Below are positions 51,887 through 63,837 of a stretch of 64,000 bases of DNA, one piece after another; positions within the stretch are counted from its first letter, which is position 1; every line of letters starts with the position of its first letter. The stretch is taken from NCBI GenBank assembly GCA_038087875.1, contig CM075985.1:13702001-13766000 (forward strand). The letters are read 5' to 3'. The DNA is from Malacoraja senta (taxonomy: Eukaryota). The notes beneath the pieces were generated by a model. It was not told where the DNA came from. It made no database searches and saw only the letters and a program-made list of their open reading frames with translations. Position numbers and translations under genes: made by a program.

Positions 51887-54575
51887 ATGGCCCGGATGGT
51901 TTAAATAGCGAATTTTATAAAAAATGTCATGACCTGATCTCCACACACTTAAAGACACTATATACTTATGCCTTCATGCAACAGAAACTACCAGAAACTT
52001 TAAACGAATCAACAATAATACTTATACCCAAAATGGATAAGGACCTTGAAGATCCAGGTTCATATAGAGCAATCGCTCTCTTAAACACCGATCAGAAAAT
52101 ATTAACTAAAATTTTAGCCCATAGATTAAGTTTAGTGATTCATAAATTAATACACCCTGACCAAACTGGCTTTATTCCAAAACGCTACTCATATTATAAT
52201 TTGAGACGATTATTTAATATTATATACTCAAACAGAATAGCTAATGTAGATTTAGCAGTCATCTCGTTAAATGCTGAGAAAGCATTCGATCAAGTGGAAT
52301 GGCCCTATTTATTTTCGGTGATGGAAAAATTTCAATTGGGTGAGAAATTTTGCACATGGGTTAAGCTTTTATACACTAACCCAACAGCTAGAATAATGAC
52401 AAATCAAATGCTATCAACAAAATTTGATTTATCTAAAGGTTGCAGACAAGGATGCCTGTTATCACCGTTATTATTTGCCCTTGCTATCGACCACTAGCAG
52501 AAAGAGTTAGAGCACATCCAGAAATATATGGGTATAATACTAAAAATACAGTTAATAAAATCTCTCTATACGCAGACGATGTATTATTATATATTACAAA
52601 CCCAGAAATCAGCATTCCAAACTTGTTAAATCTTATAACTCAATTTGGTTTATTTTCAGGATATAGAATTAATTGGAACAAAAGTGAGGTTATGCCAATA
52701 ACGGAATCTAATTCATATATATTGCAACATTCACCTTTTAGAATAGTTAATGAAAAATTTAAATATCTTGGAATTTATGTGACAAAGAAATATAACTCTC
52801 TATTTAAATCAAATTTCATGCCTTTACTTAATAAATGGCATAAGAATATTCAATACTGGAAAACACTTCTCATTTCAATGCTCGGTAGAATTAATGCTAT
52901 AAAAATGATTTTCCTTCCGCAATTGCTATACCTCTTTCAATCAATACCGATATATCTCCCAAAAAATGTCTTTAAAAAAGTAGATTCTATTGTGACAAGT
53001 TTTATTTGGGACTATAAGAATCACAGAATAAGCAAAAAACACCTATGTAAACCCAAGACCAAAGGAGGATTAGTTTTACCAAACTTTTTATTTTATTTTT
53101 GGGCAGTCAATGTCAAAAACATGAATTTTTGGTTGGAAGATATGGATCAACAACCAGACTGGTTAAAGATGGAAAAGGAAGATTGTTTACCTTTTGAAAT
53201 TGGTCCGATCCTGTTAGCTCCTACAAAACTGAATAAAAAAATCTATAATGAAAACCCTATAATATAGAGTGTAATTCGAATTTGGAAACAATTAAAAAAG
53301 ATTAAAATTGGATAATTTATCATTTTCTCTCCCCATTGCAAATAATCCTTCATTTAAACCCTCAGTGTTGGATAAAGGTTTTGTACAATGGAAAAATCAT
53401 GGAATTAAAAAGATGGGACATCTTTATAGAAACGGTATTTTTCTTTCATTTCAGGAACTACAACTGAATTATGGATTACATTCAAATAATTTTTTTAGAT
53501 ACTTAAAGATTATGTTAAATCACATACACAAGAATACAGAACTAGAGAACCAGAGATTCTAGATGAATGTTTGAATAAACACCCTAATACAGATAAATTA
53601 ACATCTTATATTTATAATATTCTTTTAGATAGTGAGACTCCGTTGACAGAATTATATAGATTAGCATGGGAAAAGATATTTGGGATGAAAGTTCACAACA
53701 TATACATCAATGTTCATTAAATACCAGACACTCTTTAATACAATTTAAAGTACTACATAGATTGCATTATTCAAAAACAAAATTAAATAGAATCTTTCCT
53801 AATATCTCCCCTATTTGTGATAAATGCCAACACTCATCGGCTAATTTAACCCATACTTTTGTAAATTGTATAAAAATTAAAAATTATTGGATGGATAATT
53901 TTAAAATAATCTCTGTAGTTGTTAATATTCAACTGGATCCCGATCCTAAATTAATAATATTGGGCATGTCAGAACAATACCTAAAACTTACAACAAACCA
54001 AAGAAATGTCCTTGACTACAGCATAATAATTGGGAAAAAATTAATATTAAAATTTTGGAAAAATCCTGCAACCCCCACAATTAAGATGTGGATTATGGAG
54101 ATGTCAGAGACCTTATATTTGGAAACAATTAGATACGTCTTAATTGACAAACCAGAATTATTTACTAAAATATGGTCTCCATTTATAGATTATCTGAAGG
54201 GGTAGACTGGGCCGGCGCGGAGGCCTGACTGAAACCTGAACCCAGGACTGGATGAATAGTTACGTTTTCTGACCTATGGACTTTTCTCCTAAGTTGTATT
54301 ATTGATAGTTTATCATACTTTTTTAATTTCTTCTTTTTATTTCTTTATTTCTTTATTTTCTTTATTTTTATTATTTGTAAATATAAATAAATAATTAGAG
54401 GCAACGTTAATATGTAACCGATAAAGGAGGACCCCAGCTGCTTTGGTAACTGGGTACCCGGAACCCTGGGTATTTAATATGTAATCGTTATACAAAGTTT
54501 GTAATGGGTTGGACTATGATATGCAGATACCTCTAATTAAAAATTTAAATTAAAAAAAATATATAATAAAAAAAT
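51887..54575 (+). mobile_element. L1-clade LINE, 5'-truncated ORF2 (RT + C-terminal CCHC) with frameshifts
   Basis: GPDG..EFYK, SYRAIALLNTDQKILTKILA, QTGFIPKR, AEKAFDQVEW, RQGC.LSPLLF, LYADD, FKYLGI and CDKC..ANLTHTFVNC. A-rich tail at 54540-54575. Confidence 0.92.
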
Positions 54576-55469
54576 AAGGCATTCAATGACATGCAATATA
54601 ATGACATGCAATATACATTAATGACATATCACTCATTCCTGCTACAGTGTTCCAATAAGCATCTGCTTGTAGTTTGATGAAGGGTTTCTCACCCAAAACA
54701 TTATTCAGTTTAAACCAGCATCTACAGTTCCTTCTTACATGAAACATTAACTGTTCTTCTTTGCACAAATGTTGCCTGACCTGTGTAGTTGTTCCTGTAT
54801 TTTCCATTTCCTGTTTTTCTCCTGTGATAGTCAAAACTGAGAGGTGAAAAGTGCTGCAGGTGGAATCTAAGAAGAAAGGAAAGTGATGAGTGAAATGTAG
54901 AACTAGAGGTAGCAATGTTGGGTAGATAGGCAGGGGTATGTAATAAGGGACCCAGAGGGGGGTAGTGGTGGACGATGAGCAGACGGGGAGATGGGAATAG
55001 GATTGGAAAGGTGTGCGGGTGGATAATAAGAGAGGTGAGGGAGTTATCTGAAATTAGAGAATTCAAATTCATGCCGATGGATGGGAGGCTACCCATAATG
55101 TATATTAGGTGCTGTTCTTCTATTTTATGTGTGGCCTCACACTGGCAATGGAAGAGGTTGGTATAGGATAGGTTGGTATAGGATTGGGATTTGTTGCGGT
55201 TTGCAACCAGTTGCTTAGTTCAACTGACTGTGGCGGACAGAGCGCAGGTGTTTGGCGAAGCAGCTACTGGGCTGCACATGGTATCATCAATGTAGCGAAG
55301 ACCACACGGAAAGCACTGGATGCAAATAGCATCCAAAGACCTGCTCAGCTGAATAGTTCTAGAATCAGATTATCATTTAAAACATTCCGAAACAATCTTC
55401 GTGCAGGTTGTGACAAAGGTGCGCATCGCGACCGTGCCATTGAAACAGTTAAAAATTCGCACTCCCAGA

Positions 55470-55508
55470 CAAAGATCGTAGAGATCATCGAGCGGAATAT
55501 GATCTTTG
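55470..55508. mobile_element. 39-bp mini-element with 7-bp TIR and 8-bp TSD (putative excision footprint)
   Basis: CTCCCAGA|CAAAGAT...ATCTTTG|CTCCCAGA. Confidence 0.8.
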
Positions 55509-55535
55509 CTCCCAGAGACGGACAACGGTTAACGC

Positions 55536-55569
55536 CAAAGATACTAGAGTAGCCGCTATATAATCTTTG
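55536..55569. mobile_element. 34-bp mini-element with the same TIR; its right TSD is displaced by the Penelope insertion
   Basis: GTTAACGC (55528-55535)|CAAAGAT...ATCTTTG. The duplicated right end (56805-56811) is followed by GTTAACGC (56812-56819). Confidence 0.75.
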
Positions 55570-55572
55570 GTT

Positions 55573-56799
55573 TTAAAGAAGGAACTGCAGATGCTGGAAA
55601 ATCGAAGGTACACAAAAATGCTGGAGAAACTCAGCGGGTGCAGCAGCATCTATGGAGCGAAGGAAATAGGTAACGTTTCGGGCCGAAACCCTTCTTCAGA
55701 CTGATAGGGGGTGGGGAGAAGAAAGGAAAAAAGGAAAAGGAGGAGGAGGAGCCCGAGGGTTGGGGGAGGGGAGGAGACAACCAGATGGCTGATGAAGGGG
55801 AGGGGACAGCCAGGGCTAGCAGAATTGGGAGAATTCAACGTTCAGGCCACCAGGGTGTAGACTGCCCAAGCGGAATATGAGGTGCATTTCCTCCAATTTA
55901 CGGTGTTGCTCGCTGTGGCCATGGAGGAGACCCAGGACAGAGAGGTCAGATACGGAATGGGAGGGGGAGTTGAAGTGCTGAGCCACCGGGAGTTCAGGTT
56001 GGTTATTGCGGACCGACCAACAAGTGATCCTCCGTCAGTTTCGCCACCTCCAACGTGACCCCACCACTCGCCACATCTTCCCATCTCCCCCTATGTCTGC
56101 CTTCCGCAAAGACCGCTCCCTCCGTAACTCCCTTGTCAATTCTTCCCTTCCCTCCCATACCACCCCCTCCCCTGGTACTTTCCCTTGCAACCGCAAGAGA
56201 TGCAACACTTGTCCCTTCACTTCCCCCCTCCACTCCATTCCAGGACCCAAGCAGTCGTTCCAGGTGCGACAGAGGTTCACCTGCATCTCCTCCAACCTCA
56301 TCTATTGCATTCGCTGCTCTAGATGCCAGCTGATCTACATCGGTGAGACCAAGCGGAGGCTTGGCGATCGTTTCACCGAACACCTCCGGTCGGTCCGCAA
56401 TAACCAACCTGAACTCCCGGTGGCTCAGCACTTCAACTCCCCCTCCCATTCCGTATCTGACCTCTCTGTCCTGGGTCTCCTCCATGGCCACAGCGAGCAA
56501 CACCGTAAATTGGAGGAAATGCACCTCATATTCCGCTTGGGCAGTCTACACCCTGGTGGCCTGAACGTTGAATTCTCCCAATTCTGCTAGCCCTGGCTGT
56601 CCCCTCCCCTTCATCAGCCATCTGGTTGTCTCCTCCCCTCCCCCAACCCTCGGGCTCCTCCTCCTCCTTTTCCTTTTTTCCTTTCTTCTCCCCACCCCCT
56701 ATCAGTCTGAAGAAGGGTTTCGGCCCGAAACGTTACCTATTTCCTTCGCTCCATAGATGCTGCTGCACCCGCTGAGTTTCTCCAGCATTTTTGTGTACC
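55573..56799 (+). mobile_element. Young 5'-truncated Penelope-like element (GIY-YIG endonuclease portion) with inverted pLTR and 15-bp TSD
   Basis: ORF 56006-56590: CNRKRCNTC..NLIYCIRCSRCQLIYIGETKRRLGDRFTEH..VAQHF..GLN. Arms 55607-56018 and 56388-56799 are 412-bp inverted repeats. TSD ATATAATCTTTGGTT at 55558-55572 and 56800-56814. Confidence 0.92.
56707..56735 (+). ncRNA. Minimal hammerhead-ribozyme-like core in the Penelope pLTR
   Basis: CUGAAGA-A-GGGU(UUCG)GCCC-GAAA-CGUU. Catalytic boxes, stem II and a palindromic minimal stem III are present; stem I is weak. Confidence 0.5.
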
Positions 56800-56814
56800 A
56801 TATAATCTTTGGTT

Positions 56815-56920
56815 AACGCCGAGTCGCCGACACCGGCCGGCGCATGCGCAGAAGGCTGGGGTGGAAGGTCACCGGCGAGGAAAAAAACTGGCGCGCGAGC
56901 GGCGAAAGCGAGAAAATCAG
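56815..56920 (+). promoter_or_regulatory. ORC5: Probable ORC5 core promoter and non-coding first exon
   Basis: CpG-dense non-repeat stretch with NRF1 consensus GCGCATGCGC (56840-56849) and a donor CAG|GTAAAA at 56920/56921. The downstream ATG exon has a splice acceptor. Confidence 0.6.
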
Positions 56921-58047
56921 GTAAAAACTGGACGTAGAGGAGAGGAGAAAAGAAAAGAAGAAAGGCAAGGGCCGTGAAGAGGTGTGTGGCGAAGGGACAG
57001 TGAGGGGGGGGGGGGGAACAGTGTGGGTGATTTGGGGAGTGAGAGTGCATGAGGAGGGAGCGAGGAGCAGAGAGCGGGGCTGCGAGTGACGGCGGGTTGC
57101 ACCGTGGGGAGATTAAACTGAAAAGTTGGTGACACTGGCGTGGAAGATGTGAGCTGGTGTTTGGGGTGGGGGAAGAAGGTAGAATTTGGTTGACGAGAAG
57201 GGAGTTGGGTAGGTGAGAAGGGGGGAGGGAGGGAGTGAGTTAGGTCCCTTACTAGTTTGTGTAAGAAGGAACTGCAGATGCTGGTTTAAACCGAAGATGG
57301 ACACAAAAAGCTGCAGTAACTCCGCAGGACAGGCAGCCTCTCTGGAGAGAAGGAATGAGTTGACGTTTCGGGTCGAGACCCTTCTTCAGAAACCCAGTCT
57401 GAAGAAAGGTTTCGGCCCGAAACGTTGCCTATCTCCTTCGCTCCATAGATGCTGCTGCACCCGTTGAGTTTCTCCAGCATTTTTGTGTACCTTCTCAGTG
57501 TCAACTGCTCTTCTATGTAAATACGTTGCCCAATAAATGGCTTGGCAAGTAAGATTTATCCACTATATTTAAGAGAGCTACTGTTTTACTTAAAATGCAG
57601 CCAATTTACATTCAGGATATTCCCCACAAAGGAGTGTGCAGCTGAAAATTCTGCCAGATTTTTTAAAAAGAGTAAAAGTAGTATTTTGCTTATGATTCTG
57701 TAGCAACATCTTTATGAACAAGACCTGTCCATGGTAGTTTTCACAGTATGTTCTGTAGAGGTTTGTTAGAGTATACATGCACAACTGTTTAAATGTCTAA
57801 AAAAGATTACATCCATGTACAATCTTCACTGAAGCCTCATGGCTATGTGATCAGTCCTCTGCTCCACTCTATCGCCAGACACAGCTCCAATGCCATCTTT
57901 CAATTCACTGACATTTTACAGGAGGAAGATTGAAATTCTGATTGAATGGTTTCAGAACAACAATCTTGCCCTCAACGTCAGTAACACCAAGAAGCTGATT
58001 GTTGACTTCAGGAGGGGATGTGTTTAACCCATTGACTTCAATGTTCC

Positions 58048-58247
58048 NNNNNNNNNNNNNNNNNNNNNNNNNNNNNNNNNNNNNNNNNNNNNNNNNNNNN
58101 NNNNNNNNNNNNNNNNNNNNNNNNNNNNNNNNNNNNNNNNNNNNNNNNNNNNNNNNNNNNNNNNNNNNNNNNNNNNNNNNNNNNNNNNNNNNNNNNNNNN
58201 NNNNNNNNNNNNNNNNNNNNNNNNNNNNNNNNNNNNNNNNNNNNNNN
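58048..58247. other. Assembly gap (200 N), followed by a G-rich tandem repeat
   Basis: Run of N. GGAGGACCCCGCGTGGGGG-like repeats at 58248-58460. Confidence 1.
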
Positions 58248-60442
58248 CCTGACTGAGGGAAGGAATAATGGAGGACCCCGCGTGGGGGGACGGCCGTGAG
58301 GGAGGGGCAAGAGCAACGGGGACCCGGCGTGGGGGGGACTGCCATGCGGGAGGGGGAAGGACAATGGAGGACCCAGCGTGGGGGGACTGCTGTGAGGGAG
58401 GGGGAAGGGGGGGGGGTGAGAAGAACAAAGGAGGAACTGGCGAGGGGGGGGGGGGGCTTTGACTTTGTAGATTTATGACTTTGTAGAGGATCCTTGACGG
58501 GCGACTATTTGCATACCATGGCAAGATATGCAAACTAAGAATTTTGCTGTGACTTGTCACATATGACAATAAAGTATTCAATTCAATATTCAATGCCCCT
58601 AGCAATGAAGCAAGTATGGCATATGCCTTCCTAACCCCCCCCCCCCCCCCCCTTTCTACTTGTGCTGTCATCTTCAGTGTGCTTCAGTTTTAGTGATACA
58701 AGAATAGATTTTTTTTTTAAAGCAACAAGGGCCAAATGCATAGATGGGGAGATCGTATCATATATTAATCTTGTGGGTGGCCTGTTCATTTGTTTGACAA
58801 CAGCAGGGAAAACCCTATTTGCGAATCTGGTTGCATGTGGTTCTTTTTATCTTCAGCCCAAGGGGGGAAGAGGAATTGACTGGGGTGTAAATGGTCCTTG
58901 ATTATGTTGGCTGCTTTTCTGAGGCAACCTGGTGGAGATGGAATCGATGGGGCAGTGGCTGGTTTGTGTGATGAACTGGGCTGCATCCACAACTCTCTGC
59001 AATATTTTTGCAGCCTTGCGCAGTGTACTTGGCAACAAACATCGCAATCACAATAATACTTTATTAGCCAAGTATGTTTTGCAACATACGAGGAATTTCA
59101 TTTGCCAAGTCAGTCATACAAATAAAAAGCAACGGAACACACAAAATATATTTTAACATAAACATCCACCACAGTGACTCCTCCACATTCCTCACTGTGA
59201 TGGAAGGCGAAAAAAAGTTCAAATCTCTTCCCTTCTATGCTCCTGTGGTGGGGGGCCTCGAGCCTTCCGATGACGGGTCGATCTTGACTCCCGTAGCCGG
59301 AGGTCGGGCCCGCCACATATGGGCGATCAGCTCCAGCATCAGAAGGATGTCAGCTCCCCTGCGTTGGGAGATCGGACCCCTCATCGGGGCTGGTCGAGCC
59401 TCTGCGTCGCTGGAGCTCCTGACTAACCTCTCCTGAGACTGCGAGCCCATGATGGTAAGCCTGCAGGCCGCGGTTGGAGAGATCCCAGGCAAGGGATCGG
59501 CTCCGATGTTAAGTCCACGCCCCGCGGTGGGGCACAAAGTCAGTCTTAGGAGGCCTCCAGCTGGTAGGCCGCAGAGCGACCTGAGATGCAACCCCAATAT
59601 TAATCGCATCTCCGGCAAGGTAAGAAACTGAAAAAAAAATCCCGGCCCCCTCCCCCTCCCCCCACATAAAACAAACCAGAGAAAATTTACACAGAATTTT
59701 AACACACACTAAAAATAAATATAAAATGAAAAAACAGACAGACTGTTGGCGGGGCTGCCAATCGTGCGGCGCCCGTGGTGGTCTCATATATGACACATCC
59801 TGATAGAATGTTTTACAGTGCATCTGTACAAGTCGGTAAGATTGATTGCCAAAGTTCCTTGGTGCGTTCTAGGCTATAGTTTCAGTGTCCATCGTCCAGG
59901 AGAAATTGTTGATGATATTTACACCCAGGATCGTGAAGCTCTTGACCATCTCCATCTGGTACCAAGGATGCAGACTTTGGTGTGTGCTCCACCTTCTTTC
60001 CTCCTTTGACTTGTTGACATTCAGGGAGAAGTTATTACCTTGACTCCATGTTACAAAGCTCTTTCTCCTTCCTGTATTCCGTCTTGTCATTGTTTGAAAT
60101 CCAGCCCATTGCATTTGCAAACTTGTAAATGGAGTTAGAGCAGAATTTGACTACAATCGTGAGTGTATAGGAAGTGTAAGGGGCTGAGAAGCCATCATTG
60201 TGAGGCATCGGTGTTGAGAATTATTGTGGAGGATGTTTTATCGCCTATCCTCGTTGAATGTGGTCGATGGGTCAGTCTCCTTGTTCATTTGTATCATAAT
60301 TAATAATATCAGTTATTCAGGCAAATGAAATATTATCTACAAGTTTAAGATAAAACATTTTTTTGAAGATATTTAACTTTGACATTTGCTAATTGTTTTT
60401 ACATTGTGGTCTTTACAGAAGGATTTTATTGGATATTTAGAG

Positions 60443-60553
60443 ATGTCTGAGATTGATTATGCTGAATATCCCAAAGACAAAATCATTTTGCTGAAAGAGA
60501 AACTAATTTGCCGGGACGCTCAGATTGTTACTCTGCTCTCACTGTTAGGAGAG
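60443..60553 (+). CDS. ORC5: Origin recognition complex subunit 5, first coding exon
   Basis: MSEIDYAEYPKDKIILLKEKLICRDAQIVTLLSLLGE, compared with ORC5 VLCRESQVSILQSLFGE. Acceptor TTTACAG at 60418, donor GAG|GTAATT. Confidence 0.85.
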
Positions 60554-60719
60554 GTAATTTTTATTTAAATGAATTAGTATGAAATGAAGGAACGTGTTTG
60601 TATATTATTCTATCATATTTTACATTATCAGTTTATCAAAAATGTAAGTGAAGATAATTTTACAGTGCTTCTAGTTCCTTTATTTTTGTCTTCATGTTAT
60701 CTTTATTTTTGTTATTTTT

Positions 60720-60881
60720 AAGTATTGTTCCATTGGTAAAACATATTACTGTAAAGTTACTGCTTGTTTTGGAAGTATTGTTCCATTGGTAAAACATATT
60801 ACTGTAAAGTTACTGCTTGTTTTGGAAGTATTGTTTCATTGGTAAAACATATTACTGTAAAGTTGCTGTTTGTTTTGGAAG
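60720..60881. repeat. 53-bp tandem repeat x3 in an ORC5 intron
   Basis: AAGTATTGTTCCATTGGTAAAACATATTACTGTAAAGTTACTGCTTGTTTTGG repeated; the first two copies are identical. Confidence 0.95.
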
Positions 60882-61429
60882 GATGGGAATCCATCGAAAA
60901 ATGCAGTCTCAGATGAGATCTGCAGTCTGAAGGTCAAAATGATACAATAGGTGTCAACCCCAGTTAATTGACTTCATACATTAGTTCTTGAGGATGTGAA
61001 CACTACTTCTTTACCTTTTAAAACTTTTCATTGTATTTTTCTAACTCTTGGTATTGTAGCCAATGTTTTATTCCTCAACTATAATCTGAAGTAACAAAGG
61101 ATTTCATTAGTAAAAGACAACAAAATGTTGTTATATTTCCCTGCAACAGTGATTGCTTGTTGGAAAAGTACTAGGTTCACTGCTAATTGCTTACGGGTCA
61201 CCTGAAATGCGATTTAAAAAAACCCTTCATATTTTCATTTAATTTCTATTTCTTTAACTTAATATTCCATGTTTCTGGCAGACATTCCATTTACTTTCTT
61301 TAGCCATAATTTTTTTGTAAAATTTGTCACAAATATCAGGATAATGCAAAAACAGCTCATTTTTTGATATTGAAATAAAGGCACAAATTAAATATTTCAA
61401 ATCTATAAATATTTTGTTTATTATTCCAG

Positions 61430-61522
61430 CCTCAACATTATAGCTACCCTTCCTTTTTCGTATATGGGCACACTGCAACAGGAAAAACCTATGTGATACA
61501 AACATTGTTGGAGACATGCAAG
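61430..61522 (+). CDS. ORC5: ORC5 coding exon 2 (Walker A)
   Basis: CCAG|[31 protein letters not shown]|GTAAAT; 93 nt, phase 0. Not listed in the ORF track. Confidence 0.95.
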
Positions 61523-61914
61523 GTAAATAAAAACAAATTTTGAGTCGTAATGGGAAATGTGATTAGTTCCAAAAGATTGTTGTATAACATCAATCAAATG
61601 GATTTCAACAAAAGCCTGCTTTAGATTTTACTTTAGACTAAAGAGATACAGCACGTAAACAGCTTCGGTCCACTGAGTTTGCACTGACCAGTGATCACCC
61701 CCTATACTAGCAGTATCCTACACACTAGGGACAATTTTACTGAAGCCAATTAACCAACAAACCTGTATATCTTTGGAGTGTGGAAGGAAAATTGCAAGTA
61801 GCAATTGAATAGCAAGGCTAGTTGGTATCTTTTTTTTTTAACACTTTACAGATTATTTTTTGATGTGTAAATTTAGGAATTCAGGTGGCAGTAGAATTAA
61901 ATGTTGTAAACAGA

Positions 61915-62537
61915 GGACCACCTCCTCTCCGGTCACTTTCCCTTGCACCCGCAAGAAATGCTACACTTGTCGCTTTACCTCCCCCCTTGACTCCATTCAA
62001 GGACCCAAGCAGTCTTTCCAGGTGCGGCAGAGGTTCACCTGCACCTCCTCCAACCTCATCTATTGCATCCGCTGCTCTAGATGTCAGCTGCTCTACATCG
62101 GTGAGACCAAGCGTAGGCTTGGCGATCGCTTCGCCGAACACCTCAGCTCGGTTCGCAATCAGCTCAGTCTCCCGGTAGCTCAGCACTTCAACTCCCCCTC
62201 CCATTCCGAATCCGACCTTTCTGTCCTCGGCCTCCTCCATGGCCAGAGTGAGGACCATCGTAAATTGGAGGAGCAGCACCTCATATTTCGCTTGGGCAGT
62301 TTGCACCCCAGCGGTATGAACATTGACTTCTCTAATTTCAGGTAGTCCTTACTTTCTCCTCCCCTTCTCACAGCTCTCCCTCAGCCCACTGGCTCCTCCT
62401 CTTCCTTTCTTCTTCCTGTGTGTCCCCCCCATCCTCACAACAGTCTGAAGAAGGGTTTTGGCCCAAAACTTTGCCTATTTCCTTCGCTCCATAGATGCTG
62501 CCTCACCCACTGAGTTTCTCTGGCATTTTTGTCTACC
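61915..62537 (+). mobile_element. Penelope-like GIY-YIG 3' fragment in an ORC5 intron; more decayed copy at about 63075-63350
   Basis: NLIYCIRCSRCQLLYIGETKRRLGDRFAEH..GMNIDFSNFR followed by the pLTR end. Confidence 0.9.
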
Positions 62538-62807
62538 AACAGATTCTAGTAGATATTACCTTCAACCTTTATATGAATGGCTTACATGCTGGATTTTGAT
62601 TTCTTCATGCTCCCAGGAAACTTGGTACTGCAGCCTCTGTATCTGTACTTAATCCACTAAAGAAAAGAAAAGTCCCGCTGTAGGGGTTGAACTTTGTTGA
62701 AGTGTAGTGTTTTCTGCCTTATTGTGAAAATTATATTTACAGTAATTGTGGCTTTCTGCTTTCTGTTAGCTTTGTGGCTATTATGATTTTTTTTTGTTTT
62801 ATTGCAG

Positions 62808-63011
62808 TTTCCCCACATAATTGTGAACTGTGTGGAGTGCTTTTCCTCAAGAATGCTTTTTGAACAAATACTTAACCAACTGCAGGGTAATTGGCTCTCC
62901 TCTGAGAATGAATGCATATCATATTTGCGGTGTAATACTCTTAATGAATTTGTTCTACTATTTAAGCAAGTGGTCCGTGAACAGAATCTGCTCAATCAAA
63001 CTGTCTACATT
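62808..63011 (+). CDS. ORC5: ORC5 coding exon 3
   Basis: TTGCAG|FPHIIVNCVECFSSRMLFEQILNQL...FVLLFKQV...NQTVYI|GTAAGT; 204 nt. Confidence 0.95.
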
Positions 63012-63762
63012 GTAAGTGATTTTGAAATTACACTGGATTTTTAAAACTTTTAGCTAGGGTTATCGCAGGAGATGTAACACTGTCACGAACATCTCCTCCC
63101 TCACCTCCATCCAGGAACCCCAGCAGTCCTTTCAGGTTAGACAGAGATTTACATGCACCTCCTCAAACCTCTTTTACCTGGGCGAGTCCGGAGTGTAGAC
63201 TAGGCAACCGTTTTGCCGAACATGCGCTCAAGGCTTGCTGGAACACCTCCATTACCAGAGTTAGGCCACATACAAACTGGAGGAACAGCATCTTGTATTC
63301 CGCCTGGGTATCTTACAACCAAAAGTACGAATATTGAATTCTCTAATTTTAGGAGAACCAACAATACCCCACCCCCACCACTTTTTTTTCATCACTCTCT
63401 TTCACATGCTCCATCTGGATGCCCACCGATTATTTCTACTGTCCAGGTGCACTTTTCTGATTATTTTTAGTCAAGTCCATTATTAAATAACCAGGAGATA
63501 GAACAAAGCTACTTTGCTTCTGTAATGATCTCTCATTAATGAATCTTTGATATCAAGACAATAACTGTTCCCCTTTAGTTAATTTATTACAAATACAATA
63601 GACAAAATGCTATTTTGTTAGTAAAATAGATTTCTAAAATTGTTTGCTTATGGATAAAATCGCAAAGTTAGAAACTGCATGTAAATGATTAGATTAGTAT
63701 GGACGGGAGGGAAATATTTATTATTTAATTATTTCATTCATTATTTGCATGTACCATTTAAG

Positions 63763-63837
63763 GTGTTGGACAATGCAGAACAGCTAAGAGAAATGGATGC
63801 AAACCTGTTGCCAGGATTTTTGAGGTTCCAAGAATTG
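63763..63837 (+). CDS. ORC5: ORC5 coding exon 4; gene continues beyond the window
   Basis: TTAAG|VLDNAEQLREMDANLLPGFLRFQEL|GTATGT; 75 nt. Confidence 0.95.

Noticed and set aside
55470-55569. Mini-elements as products of the 978-aa Spindlin-domain transposase
   Set aside because: Their termini (CAAAGAT) do not match the inferred terminus of that element (TAGCAATG); no evidence links them.
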